From the IMG/VR virus record IMGVR_UViG_3300028394_000034: 64,000 bases of DNA; one strand, 5' to 3'. The DNA comes from a virus. Numbering within the stretch: position 1 is the stretch's first letter; every line of letters starts with the position of its first letter. The position numbers and the translations under genes are program-made. Shown piece by piece: positions 19,099 through 31,425 of the stretch. The notes beneath the pieces were generated by a model. The model worked only from the letters and a program-made list of their open reading frames with translations. It searched no databases and was not told the DNA's origin.

Positions 19099-19746
19099 TT
19101 ATACATTTTCATTTCTCCATCCTAATGCTTCTGATACTATTGGGAATTGTTGACAAAAAATTTCTTTAGCTTCATTCGCAATAATCATATGTTCTTTTTG
19201 AGTACCATGACCAGAACGAAGTTCAATATAATGAATCCATGAGCGGACTGATCCATTAATATAAAGCCTAGTTGGAGTAGATAATGGCAATACAAATCTA
19301 GCACATTCTTTAGCGATACCATCCGATATCATACCATCATAAATAGCCTTAGCTTTAGAAAAATGCTCACGAATTCTACTATTCCATTTAACTTTAATCT
19401 CATCGGATATGTCATCAATACTATTTTGACGATTCTTAGTATCTTGTCTCCTAAGTTCAAACAATGGAATATCTTCTGCCAATAATGTTGTATCGGCATA
19501 TCTTTGTGAGAACTCTTGAAAATTAAAACTTCTATGTCTAAGAATTTGAGCGGCTATTCCTCTTGTTGTATTTAGTTCAAGACTCATGTTAGCCATTTCA
19601 AATATTGACCAATGTTTATTTTTTATACAGTATGCCAATAGCTTTGCATAATTATCTGAATCTTGATTGTTCGGGTTGCTGACCCTCGCACAATAGCTCA
19701 TAAGTTTTTCTGCGTCGGGAGTGACGCTAATTAGTTTTACATTCAT
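19099..19746 (-). CDS. thyX: Flavin-dependent thymidylate synthase
   Basis: ThyX motif RHRSFNFQEFSQRY; also HWSIFE and LRSGHGTQKEH. Confidence 0.95.
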   Translation of the reverse strand: MNVKLISVTPDAEKLMSYCARVSNPNNQDSDNYAKLLAYCIKNKHWSIFEMANMSLELNTTRGIAAQILRHRSFNFQEFSQRYADTTLLAEDIPLFELRRQDTKNRQNSIDDISDEIKVKWNSRIREHFSKAKAIYDGMISDGIAKECARFVLPLSTPTRLYINGSVRSWIHYIELRSGHGTQKEHMIIANEAKEIFCQQFPIVSEALGWRNENV

Positions 19747-20152
19747 ATTTGATCCTCTGTATATGATATTTCAAATTCTTCTAGTGGGCAAAGTTCTTCA
19801 TCCCAAAACCCATTTTTTAGTCCGCGACCAAGAATATTTCCAGCTTTTAGCCAGATACTATTATAGTCATCAATAGTCATTCTCTTTATGGTTCTTCCCC
19901 AATCGCATATTGTAGCGTCAAAAACTTCTGTACCAGCATCAAACCATTCATCTGTCTTAGAAACAAACTTAATGTATTTCATTATTCTTCCAATAATTAG
20001 TAATCTTATTCCATATCGGAGTAAAAAAGTATACTGCAATAAAACTAACAATACCACTCACAGAAGCATTAATAATTCCAGACATAGTTAGTGCTGGAAT
20101 TACTGGTATCATTTGAGTTTTAGTTTCGTCTTTATTTTCCATCTTTATTCCC

Positions 20153-20536
20153 TTACATCATGTATGATTCCCAAAGCTCTTTTGGGATCAATATTTTATA
20201 GTCAATAGTTAGTTCTTCATTTTGTTTGATATCCCTAGATGCAACACAAGAATTTTCATCTTGTTCTATGATATTAGGATCGTTTGAATGATTCACAAAC
20301 CTACTATCGTCTATAGGAATTAAATAGTTTCCATCGTCATCTAGCCAATAATAATCTTTCTGTATTATAAAATCTTTTTCTATCTGTGATAATTCTTTAT
20401 ATTGGTTAGGACTAATTTTAAATGATGAAATACTGGTCATTTTCCATATTGAATCACCCTTTAGAATATCTTGATCTGCAAATAAGCCTATTCCAGATAT
20501 TAAGCTTCTATCTAACTTAGTTTTTACTACTATCAT
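20153..20536 (-). CDS. SET-domain protein
   Basis: SLISGIGLFA, RFVNHSNDPN and RDIKQNEELTIDY. Confidence 0.88.
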   Translation of the reverse strand: MIVVKTKLDRSLISGIGLFADQDILKGDSIWKMTSISSFKISPNQYKELSQIEKDFIIQKDYYWLDDDGNYLIPIDDSRFVNHSNDPNIIEQDENSCVASRDIKQNEELTIDYKILIPKELWESYMM

Positions 20537-21036
20537 AATCTATCAAACCTCTTTGTTTTAGTCTCCCACCAAAACGAAACCATATGCTCATCTCCATTAA
20601 AATATACTGGACAAAAATCTGGACGAAAAATACTATTAAGATCACAAGCTACACAAGTAAAAAATAATTGTGATCTTGGATAGCCATAATCTAAAAGCTT
20701 TTTCTCTATTTTTCTAAAGTTGTTTCCACTAAGACATCCACTATCTATTACTATTAATGAATAATATGGGTCTAATTGATCTGGATGAATAAAGGCTTCA
20801 AATTCATTTTTGTAAGGAATATTAACTGGCTCTACGTCTATTGGCTCATCTTTGTTAGATAGTTTATGAGCCATTAACTGTGCCATCAATCCAGAATATT
20901 CATAGCTTAACTGCAATATTGCTATTTTACTAGCTAAGTTAATAAGACTATTCTCACGAATTTCTTGACATATTTTATCTATGCATTTAGTTTCCCATTC
21001 TCTATCAATATATAAGCTTTTAGTAGCCATAATCAC
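20533..21036 (-). CDS. Phosphoribosyltransferase-like protein
   Basis: LIVIDSGCLSGNNF resembles a PRPP-binding loop. Confidence 0.5.
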   Translation of the reverse strand: MIMATKSLYIDREWETKCIDKICQEIRENSLINLASKIAILQLSYEYSGLMAQLMAHKLSNKDEPIDVEPVNIPYKNEFEAFIHPDQLDPYYSLIVIDSGCLSGNNFRKIEKKLLDYGYPRSQLFFTCVACDLNSIFRPDFCPVYFNGDEHMVSFWWETKTKRFDRL

Positions 21037-23560
21037 TCACTGTAAATTTAGCATATTCTTTTTCTTCTTTGAACTTAAGTTGATATTCAACAAACTTATC
21101 TTGTGTAATATGGTTGAAAATTGCAGTAGCTACTCTACTAACACTTTTTGCTACTCCACTAGCGTCAGGCCCATCGTTTAATTTAGCCCAATAATAAAGA
21201 CCATCCTCCTTGTCTTTAATGATTTCATAGCCTTTTTCTTTAGCCCACTTTTTGATTTCTGAAATCATCATTTTTGCATTTGCTCCTCATAAGATATTCT
21301 TTTCTTATGTTCAAAACCCATAGAAAATCCTTGCATATAAACAGTCTTGAGTAGACGAGAATTTTCTCCAATAAATTGTCTGTTGTCTTTCGCCCAAAGA
21401 ACAAAACTCTTTTCTTCGTCACAAATATCGGACAAATCTGGATAATAAATTTCATCAAACCACAAATAGTGTTTTTGTAGCATAGTATCCAATGCTATAA
21501 ATACTGGTGGTTTTGGATCATAATTATGTTCTATTTGAGATATAACAAGTTCATCCATGAATACATTAACAATCTTGTCTCCAACCTTTAATCCCATAGC
21601 CAAATCAAGACGCATCACTAGTCTCCTTAGTAAATTGATCCATATAAGAATTGTAAGCATCTTCTAAGTTTTCAATAAGCTTAAATTTCCAGATAGGAGC
21701 ATCTGCCCACTCTGTACTTTCATCAATACTTTCAATCAAACATTGAAGTGCTTTTTCTGTTCCTATTGTTTCTAGTGCTTTTTTAATTTGATCTTTGTTG
21801 GTCATTTTTTACCTCTTATACAAATAACTTCCTGCCCAATCACATTCTTCCAATAGTTTATCAAAATCAGCAAACAAATTATATCTAACATCTTTATATG
21901 GAGCAGAGTAACTTGCTGGCTTATATATGTCTCCAGTAATCTTATTCACAAAAGCATGGGTAGTTTCAACACCCTCCCATACCTGAGTAATCTTGTAATA
22001 TTTGTTATTTTCCTTGAAAAAATAATAAACCGTTTGTTCATCACCATACGTTTGTTTCTTGGCTTTTTCTTCTAAAACATCTAGCCAAATATGTATACGA
22101 TCATAAAAATTAAGTTGAGTTTTATTTGTAGTAATATTCACCAGAGTAATCCTAATAGATAACCTAGACTAAAAAACATAGTAATACTTAAAACAAGCTC
22201 AATTAGTAAAGCTAAATCCCATTTCATACAGTGTCTCCATTATATCTTATCGACTACCCTTTGTCAAGACTTCAAGCAAAACCAATTCTTTGCTTTGTCG
22301 TAGATAATGTACTCTCAATCTCATAGTCGGCAAAAGACTTGCAATCATAACTTCGCCCGTTCCACCAACCAATTTCATAACTAATAGAATTATTTCCACG
22401 AATATTGATTCCTGTTACTTTGCCGAATACATCTTCGGCTAACTTAACATCAGTACCAATAGCAAAAACTTCTGTCTTATCCTTCATTTGATTCTCCCTA
22501 AAAAGTAACTGAAACTACAACACCATGTAAAAAGAGTTAAACAAACTATTGTTCCTAAAATATGAATTGAGTAGTTATTGGGATTATTTAAAAGTCCAAG
22601 AACTAAGCTCACAAAACAACCAGTCATCATATAAACAAGAAAAGACTTTAAAGAAAAGTTAATAGATGAACCAAGAGCTTTAAAAATACTCAATAAAAAA
22701 TTCACTGTTATGGTTCCATCTGTTCATTCAGAGAAATAATTTCGCTTTTAAGAGATTCTATCTCATCTTTTTGTTCTTCTATTATTTTTTCTAGATGATT
22801 AATATAGGTATCAATATCGAAAAATGGATTAGCTTTATCAGTCTGATTCATGTTCCCATATCCTCTCCAGATGATTTAGCAACCTATCTGCTTTGGTATC
22901 ATTATAAAAGCAGTCTAGGTCTGTGGCAACAAATTCTTTATGTTTTTTAGGCCAAACCTCTGCCAAGCAATTCATTACTGTTTGACCATATCTTAACTGA
23001 TATTTTTTAAGATCATTATCAATTTTATTCCTAAACTCAGAGTAACTCATGGTTTTTTCTTTTTCAAAAAGGAAACAATATCCCCAGCAGTATTAGGAAC
23101 AGTATTACCACCAAGATAATATTGTCCAGTAATCTGAATCATTTCATCCAAAGTCTTTTGAGCATTATACATTCTCGCCCACTTTGGCTTGTATTCCATC
23201 TTCATATAATTCCACACACTATTATAGAAATCACAAATAGCTTGATTAACTGACTCGTTCATAATTTATTCCTGTACTTTAGTTCCCATATCATAAGGAT
23301 ATCCATCTTCTATTTCTTCACTATAAGTATCTTCGTAGTGATTATCCCACCAAGGAATTTTAGTATCTGGTAATTCGTTAAAGTTGAACATATTTTAGTA
23401 TAGTTAGGATTCTTCGTGCCAACGCAGCCCCACCAACAATCCTACCATCATTATAATCTTCACCATATCCAGAAGTAGACTCATGATCTTTTTGTTCTTT
23501 AATCTTTCGATTACACAATTTGATAATTTCAAGTATATTAGCTTTTTCTATTTCGTTCAT
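21020..23560 (-). CDS. Run of small hypothetical proteins
   Basis: Co-oriented 65-130 aa ORFs in the track: 21020, 21268, 21605, 21809, 22272, 22484, 22838, 23047, 23378. Confidence 0.55.
23266..23391 (-). CDS. 41-aa acidic microprotein, copy 1
   Basis: MFNFNELPDTKIPWWDNHYEDTYSEEIEDGYPYDMGTKVQE; paralog at 23722-23841. Confidence 0.7.
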   Translation of the reverse strand: MFNFNELPDTKIPWWDNHYEDTYSEEIEDGYPYDMGTKVQE

Positions 23561-23721
23561 ACAAATAGTCTATCTTGTAATAGCTTTCTAACGGTTTCTG
23601 TTACATTAATTCCATCAACAATAATATCGTTGTCTCCACCCTTGATAGGATTAGAAGGCATCGTTTTAGCTACTCTGTTGTATAGCCAAAATATAACAAA
23701 TTTTTCATCCTTAGTCATTTA

Positions 23722-23841
23722 TTACTCCTGTACTTTAGTACCAACATCATATGGATAACCATCTTCTACTTCTTCACTATAAGTATCTTCATAATGATTA
23801 TCCCACCAAGGAATTTTGCTATCTGGTAATATTTGGCTCAT
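23722..23841 (-). CDS. 39-aa acidic microprotein, copy 2
   Basis: MSQILPDSKIPWWDNHYEDTYSEEVEDGYPYDVGTKVQE. Confidence 0.7.
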   Translation of the reverse strand: MSQILPDSKIPWWDNHYEDTYSEEVEDGYPYDVGTKVQE

Positions 23842-23979
23842 ACAAATAATTTCTTTATATTAAAGCGGAATTTCTCAGTATTACACAGAATCCCGCTAAG
23901 AGTCTACGGAAGTTGATTGTGGGAATACCCGCGATCCCTACCATTGTGGCATCAACATTGTTATTGTACCTCGTCAGAA

Positions 23980-24648
23980 CTAAACTGTCAATAGTTCCGT
24001 TTCCAATTCGTTTAAACACCTAAAGTCTGTACCGCTTATATTCATATTCCAACTTTGATGCCAATGACCAAAACGCCAAATCTTTGGTTGGTGAATATTA
24101 AATAGCTCCTGCAAAGCCCATCCTGTTAAATTCTCATATTTCCTTTGAAAAGGTTTCAATAACCGAAAACCAACCTCGTCTGGGCAATCGTGTGTGATTA
24201 CAATATCTGGCTTAACTATTCTATAAAGCTCTCTAGCTTTCATAAATTGATCTATAGTAACCTGTTCATCTTCCCACCAATCAATTCCTACTGTTCTATC
24301 TTGACGATCAATACTATATGCTCCCCTATAATAGAAAAATTTTACTCTATTTAGAGAAGTATATCCATAATCTCCTAGAAAATGAGAATGGTTATAGCAG
24401 TCATTGTAGTTGTCGTGATTGCCAGGCAATATTAAATGTCTGGTAGAGTCAATATTATTTAATGTATCATACTTAAATCCAAAATCTCCTAGCTGCAAGG
24501 TATATGGGTGACGATCTTTTTCTCTGATAATTTCATGATAGTTTTTATACTTACCATGAACATCACCAATGAGAGTAATTGAGTTGGTCATTTTTGGTGT
24601 ATATTGTATTGTGAGAATGTGTTGCAGCCATCTTACAAAACCGTACAA
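23980..24648 (-). CDS. Metallophosphoesterase
   Basis: Motifs IGDVHG, LGDFG, PGNHD, ITHDCP and FGHWH. Confidence 0.85.
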   Translation of the reverse strand: MYGFVRWLQHILTIQYTPKMTNSITLIGDVHGKYKNYHEIIREKDRHPYTLQLGDFGFKYDTLNNIDSTRHLILPGNHDNYNDCYNHSHFLGDYGYTSLNRVKFFYYRGAYSIDRQDRTVGIDWWEDEQVTIDQFMKARELYRIVKPDIVITHDCPDEVGFRLLKPFQRKYENLTGWALQELFNIHQPKIWRFGHWHQSWNMNISGTDFRCLNELETELLTV

Positions 24649-24725
24649 TAAATTATACCAGAAGCCTGAGTGTTTGTCAACTGCAACTTGACAACATTTG
24701 GGCTTTCTGTGTTATAGGTGTTAAT

Positions 24726-25301
24726 ATGAAAAAGAAAATTTGTGCTAAATGCAAAAACAAAAAACCTTTATCTGCATTTCATAAAAAGGCAACAGCTTTA
24801 TCAGGTAGGGCTTCTCATTGTAAAGAATGTAGAAATACGTCCAATAGATCGAAATATAGAGATAATATAGACCTAATGAAAGAAAAAGCAAAACAATATC
24901 GCTCAAATAACAAATCAAGGATAAGAAAAAGTCAAATTAAATATTTAACGAAAAAACGTAAATCAGATCCAGTATTTAGAGCAAAGGATAATTGTAGAAG
25001 AAGAATTAATCAATTTTATAGAGGGATTGGTAAAAGTAAAAGAACAGACGAATTATTAGGATGCACTTGGGAGGAACTTATGATACATCTTGAAAACCAG
25101 TTTACAAAAGGTATGACTAGAAATAATTATGGTAAATGGGAAATAGATCATATTGTTCCTTTGTCCTTAGCAATAACAATAGAAGAAAGCGAAAAACTTT
25201 GTCATTATACTAATTTACAGCCATTATGGAAAAAAGATAATCGTACTAAAGGTTGCAGTTTATCCTATTCTCCATTAAGAGGGTCTATAGAAAAAGGATA
25301 A
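24726..25301 (+). CDS. Free-standing HNH endonuclease (homing-type), on the opposite strand to its neighbours
   Basis: CAKC/CKEC zinc motifs; WEIDHIVPLS...LCHYTNLQPLWKKDNRTKG. Confidence 0.85.
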   Translation: MKKKICAKCKNKKPLSAFHKKATALSGRASHCKECRNTSNRSKYRDNIDLMKEKAKQYRSNNKSRIRKSQIKYLTKKRKSDPVFRAKDNCRRRINQFYRGIGKSKRTDELLGCTWEELMIHLENQFTKGMTRNNYGKWEIDHIVPLSLAITIEESEKLCHYTNLQPLWKKDNRTKGCSLSYSPLRGSIEKG

Positions 25302-28300
25302 CTAAATGGCCCTAGAACACTCTTTCTTTTTTGTTTTAGGAAATCTAGTGTATCGTCAAAACAGCTTTCACATATATGAATCTCGTATTTTGATCCATCA
25401 TTAGTTGAACCATATCCCCAATATGATTCAAGAGTAGCAAAGTCTGGCCCAACTTCTTTATAGTTGGTTGTACTTTTACCACAGACATCGCAATTTATGT
25501 CATCGACAACTTTTCTTATTTCTTCTTTAAATGTTCTCATTTCCAACGTCGTGAAGGATCACGCCTTTTTGGTGGACTAAAATGTGTAGTTGTTTTTGTA
25601 ATAGTAGTACAAGGTTGGAAAAATTTAATGGTTTGTTTTGGTTTAAAACCAGCAGGAAGAATTACATCGCTACTTTTAAAGAGATCAGGCATACCAATAT
25701 ATTCTGCCCAATAATCCATAGTTTTCCTGTATCCTGCAATAATAACATCTTTAGAACAAGTTTTCTTCAGTAAATCTTCAAAACTCTTAGCCATTATTAA
25801 TAATCTCCAGAATAGTTTCTGCTAGTGTTGAACGTCCCATAACTTGCCCATCCTCATAAGGTCTGTCGTAAAAAGGTTCATTATATGAAGATTTTTGGCC
25901 CCATGTTTCCATGATGCCAGAGCATAGTCTTTTAATTTCTTCTAACTTTTCTTCATTACTCATCACGGTATGCAATCCCGGCAGCACTCCAGTCGGCCGG
26001 GAGTGGCGTTGCACAATTTGTTGCCTTCGTTTGAGAATATTGGGTGTAAAAAGTTTGGTTGACATTACATCGCCCAAGAGCAATTCTAACACCCAATTTC
26101 TTATTATAGTTCTCTTTCTTACTACAAATAGCTAATCCTTCATAGTGACTGCCATGTGGACTATCAATTATAATTTGGGTTGAACCACCTTTAGTATCTG
26201 GATCAATAGGCCCATAGCCATAACCCTCCACAGGTTTGCTTCCTACTTGCCATTTATAATAGCCATTGTAAAGGCGATTGTGAAGAACCCTCACTTTATA
26301 TCCGCAATTACGCAATTCTTGAACTGTCATATTTTCTCCAATTAATTAGTGTAGGCCACAAACTTCCACAGTACGAGTAATAATAATCTTATTGTATTCT
26401 GACAAGAATTTGTCTAGGTTATCTTGTTTGATAGATAGCTCATAGTTATTCTGACCAATAAAATACTTGTCAATCAAATCTTGAACTTTTTGTTGAACTG
26501 TTGGACTCATAAAGTTTCTCCAAAGGATGCCCTCAGTATACTACGTTATCGGCGTTTGTCAACAGCCACTTTACAAATCATTCATGTTTGGACATTGTTT
26601 CTCTGATTGAACGCTTAATCCATTACAAAAACATACCGACTTATCCTGTCTAATTCTTACTTCGCATTGTTCTGGCTTGTATTCAGACTGATAAGATAAA
26701 ACAGTTACAACAAAAATAATAAGAAATAGAGGGAACAGATTAATTAACTTTTCCATTTTAGGAGTTATCCTTATAAAGACCCACACTTATTCCAGAATCA
26801 GCATTTTGATAATATTCTCCCTTACGATATTCTGGGAAATCAACTTCATTGACCCCAAATTCTATCCTAAGATATTCATTAGTATAAGCCTCTCCTGCAA
26901 AATAATCATTAAAGACTTTAACTCTCTCTATAGTGCTATTTCTTGCTACAATAAAAACCCAATTCATTTTTGTTTCTCCATAAGACAGTTCTTAGCGTAA
27001 ATTATACCACGTTTGGCAGGAGGGTCAATGGGATTTTTAAATTTTTTGACTGATTGTACGATCCATCCAAACTTAGGCTTATTATTCCAACAATACAGCT
27101 TATTATTAGTATCTACTTTATGCCTAGTCTCATCAGATTGCCATTGTTCTTTTGAGGAATATTGAATACAACTACTAAAAGTAATTGTTCCAATAATTCT
27201 ACTCTTAAACTTAGCCGATTTCCCCGGAGTTTCAATAAGTGCCAACTCAACTCCCTCTAATCTTTGTGGGAGTGTATAGGAGCGAGTTTCGACCGTTTTC
27301 TGACCATTAATTAAAAGGGTAGACCACGGGGCTTGAATATTTAAACCAGTCACAAACTACGCCTCAAAAGGTTCAAAATTCACACTATAAAGCTTACCCT
27401 CTTTATTCTTGTATAACAACTGAGGGTTGTCTGGATCAGTATACAACCAGACGAATGTGTTGTCAATAGGTGGACTTTTCCAATCTTTGGGACTTGAGGC
27501 TGTTCTAGTTAGTCTTATTTTCATTGATCTATAAGAACCACCATTATTCATATAAAAACTTCCATCAAATCCAACCTCAATTGGTTTCATTAGATTTTGA
27601 CTCCCATGAAGATATTATACTCCAAGTATTATTTAGTAATAGTCTATAGTGAGTATATTTTATATTGACAATTTCTCCTAATTTCACTTTTATGTGAGCT
27701 AATCTAAAATCCTCATAGGTTTCTGGTTTTTCTAAGGAACCAGTTTCGTAACCGCAATATTCAATCCATGTTTGAGTTAAATCTTTAACGTCAAGATTTA
27801 GTCTGCCCTTCATGACCGGCATAAAATAATCTTTACGACCAACAGGCTGAACTATATCTCCGTACATAACCCACTCATCACAATATTCAAAATATTCCAA
27901 TTCTATACCTTTTATGGGAACAACTTCTGTACGTCCCCAAGGATGAATACTTTCTACAGTACCAATAATATTGTCGATGATAATTTTCTGTCTATCTGTT
28001 GGTTTGTTTGATTTTAGCTTTTCTATATTTTTCTTATGGATAGGATTAAGAAAAAGGGTACATAATACTGCTGTAACTACAACTAATCCCCCAAACAACA
28101 TGATGTTGTCAACGGCTAATTCTTCTTTTCTCATGTATATTTCTCCCTTACTTCGCTCCATTTTGGATAATTACTATCCCACACATTAATATAACAGTCT
28201 GAATTTTTAGAGAAACTCATACAAGTAGTCCAATTTTCTCTAATCTTGGATATGCAAGCTATACAATATCCTTCTTTAAGATGTTCACAGTTTCCTTTAT

Positions 28301-30469
28301 ATGGTATACTCATTATTTATTGTCCATATCCAATAGGTCAGGATTAATAAGATCAATCATATAGTCCTTCATCAAATCATCAAGACAGTCATCGTCTGTT
28401 GCTGTATCCCAAATATCTTTTATGATTCTATCAACCAGATTACTGACTGCCATAAAATCATTACGGTCAAGATTTTGTAGTTCTATTTTGATGTTGATTG
28501 CCATTAAAATAAATCTCCATATCCATTCCACCAATCATAAATTCGTATACAAGCCATATATCCTAGTATACCAAATAATACTAAACCGGCCATTATTTAT
28601 TCTCCTTTGAAAGATATTAATGTATACGATCTTCCCACGGTGGATCTTCTGGTGGATTATGTCCCCGATATTTTAGCTCATCAGTAATATATGATGGGCA
28701 TTTATCAAGATTATTACAACACCACAACAGGTAATCAGATTCTATATCTGTAATAGAAATACCTTTATACTTGCCAAATGTTATCTTTTTAACCTCATCT
28801 GTTATTGGACGATTTTTCCTTGCATTTTCTTGCTCAATATTCCTTTCAAGAATATGTTCTCTGGCTGGTCTACCACCTTTAGTAGTGACTCTTATTCTCA
28901 TTATTTATTCTCCACATACCATTTCTCAACAAATACTACACTATCCAAATATCTCGTTAACTTAATAATATCTGCATTAAGCTCAGTACCACTCACGCTA
29001 TTTTTCTCAAGACTTTCCAAAGCCTCAAATAAAATATTAATCTGTCTAGTTGTCAAATCCAAATTTAATCTAGTCATTAATTTTCCTCACAAATTTAGCA
29101 CTAGTTTCATGATCACAGCTAAAAGTTTGACTTACCCAATTTGACCCAACATCAATCTTTTCTTCCATACCATTATTCAAACCAATCATAAAATCATCAA
29201 TTTGATCTTTATCCAGATCAAGGTCTGTTGTAATTTCAACAAGAAATTTCATTAGTTATTCTCCATAGTTGTCCAATAAGTATAAATCCAATTAGCTTCT
29301 TGATTACTGTTAAATGACCACAATATTCTAAATTGATGAGGACTAACTTCCCTCACAATATCTTTCCCATCAACACTCTCATTACCTTGAGGCTTGCCCA
29401 AAAGGTCTGTCCAAGTTTTTTGAATTACCATTAGTTTTCCTCCACAAACTTATTAAGAAAATTAGCCAGCCCCTTAACTTCTTCTTTGGTTAGTTTAAGT
29501 TTTTGCCAATCCCAACTAATCACATTATTAATTGTGAGGTTCAGAATAGACCCAAACTTCTCCATTTCAAAAGTAAAAATATCGGCCTTATAAGTATCTT
29601 TAGTCACAATGCTCATAACCATCTCCTTCAAAAAGTTCCAAATAATTATTGTCGTTAGTTTCGTATAAAAATTTATAGATGAAATCGGCCAAATCTTTTA
29701 GTTCATCCCTTTTCAAGACTGTCTCATACTTTTGATAAATATCATTCTTAATCCTGAGCATATAGTTACGCTTTGACAAGTTAGGATTGTATAACAATTC
29801 GACCAAATCTATGGTTAAGTTCAGATATTCTGATTTCATTTGATTTGTTTTTCATTTGGGCTTATCGCCCACTAAACACTATTTGATTTGAGCCTTTGCG
29901 GGAGTTAATCCCACTAATATGACGTAGCATGATATGAGCATTATTGATTTCAAAACCGGGTTTGTCCGATTTTTCACCAATATAATATCGAATCATGGAC
30001 GCTAAAAGTTCTAGTTCCTTATCGGTTAGTTGAATCGTCTTGTACATTCAAAATCTCACTTTTTCAGCCTAAAATTAAACTTTCTCTCCCTACTACCAAT
30101 AGCAGTATACATCAGAGAAACCACTGTGTCAAGTATCGGATAAACTGGCTTGACAACTTGAGTCATATCTGGTATAATTTCCCCTATGAGAACCCTATAT
30201 TTCACCACGGGCGCATTTAATAAGTGAATAAGTGATCAATTAACTTATCAAAACCTTCATAAACACTGAAAAACCTATGGTTTCATCTCAGAGTAGGATT
30301 GGGCAGGCGGAAAAGTATATGATTTTAATGACTCTGGTAAGAAGTTTGTGAGAAATATACGCACAGAAATCATAGAAACTATAGTAACTAGCCCCACAAA
30401 TGCTAGTTCCTTGATAAAAGGGATATGAAAATCCTTATTTTTTGAAAGTCTACTCATTATAGTCCTCAT
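25265..30469 (-). CDS. Run of about 20 small hypothetical proteins
   Basis: Co-oriented, tightly packed ORFs in the track. Confidence 0.5.
26964..27353 (-). CDS. ASCH/PUA-domain protein
   Basis: GLNIQAPWSTLLINGQKTVETRS matches the ASCH GxKxxExR motif. Confidence 0.75.
   Translation of the reverse strand: MTGLNIQAPWSTLLINGQKTVETRSYTLPQRLEGVELALIETPGKSAKFKSRIIGTITFSSCIQYSSKEQWQSDETRHKVDTNNKLYCWNNKPKFGWIVQSVKKFKNPIDPPAKRGIIYAKNCLMEKQK
28617..28901 (-). CDS. Protein with a FGKYKG...YL.W motif (DUF3820-like)
   Basis: ITFGKYKGISITDIESDYLLWC. Confidence 0.6.
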   Translation of the reverse strand: MRIRVTTKGGRPAREHILERNIEQENARKNRPITDEVKKITFGKYKGISITDIESDYLLWCCNNLDKCPSYITDELKYRGHNPPEDPPWEDRIH

Positions 30470-31344
30470 ATAAAAAACGCTCTAAATACCAGATCAAAGC
30501 TGATCGAATGATGATGCAGGAGAAAATGATATGTGGGCCATATATAATCAGGTTATTATTTTCCATTATTATAATACCTAATTACCCTATATAGGGTGGC
30601 AGATAGAAGTAATAGTCCGGTGAGACAAATGAATATTCTTGTAAAGTCATCATGTACCAATACTGGAACTGGAAACTTAGTCGCTATGCTTATTAGAATC
30701 TGATTGATTAACATAACTAGTCCAGTAATATGATAATAGGGGAATTAAAATTTCCACAAAAATAAAACATATTATAAAAAACCCAATGAAATCAAAACCA
30801 TTACTCATAACCAAATGCCTTCTTGATCATAGTAAAAAGTAGAGCAGTTTTAGATAGTGGTTTAATCTCTTCTATTGGAGCCTCAACCTCTTTCTTTGCA
30901 ACACTCTTTTTAGTAACTTTTTTGATCGGCTTCTTTTTTGCCATAATATCCTCGCTGACTGTTTCCATAAATTCCAAACCCGGAATTTTAGGTGAGACAA
31001 AAATACACTACTATCTCATTGGTATAGTAAAATGGCCGGACTACTCTAACAAGATTTAATTGGTATTAAAGGTTAATTTTGGAATAAGATCAATATCGCT
31101 ACTAGGTTTCCTAATATCTATTACTACCATAGTATCGGTCATATCTTCTGACTGTATTTGATTATCCAACTGATACTTCACAATTGCATCATGAACTCTT
31201 TTGCAGATATATGCGCAGTCCATTTGGGATTCTATTTTAATGGTAGTTATCATAATAAGTTCTCACTGACTGTTACCATAAAAACCGACCCGACCATATT
31301 AGCTGAAACAAAATCTTAACAATCATCATAATTTACTTATAAAA

Positions 31345-31416
31345 AGCAAGAGAAGAGACTCGAACTCTCAACATTCAGGTTGGAAACCTAACGCTCTACC
31401 ATTGAGCTACTCTTGC
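31345..31416 (-). tRNA. tRNA-Gly(UCC)
   Basis: Full cloverleaf; anticodon loop TTTCCAA; U73. Confidence 0.92.
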
Positions 31417-31425
31417 CTGAAGGAC

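Noticed and set aside
25787-26092. 101-aa ORF as annotated in the track
   Set aside because: The 5' extension overlaps the upstream gene; the real start is probably MSNEEK at 25963.
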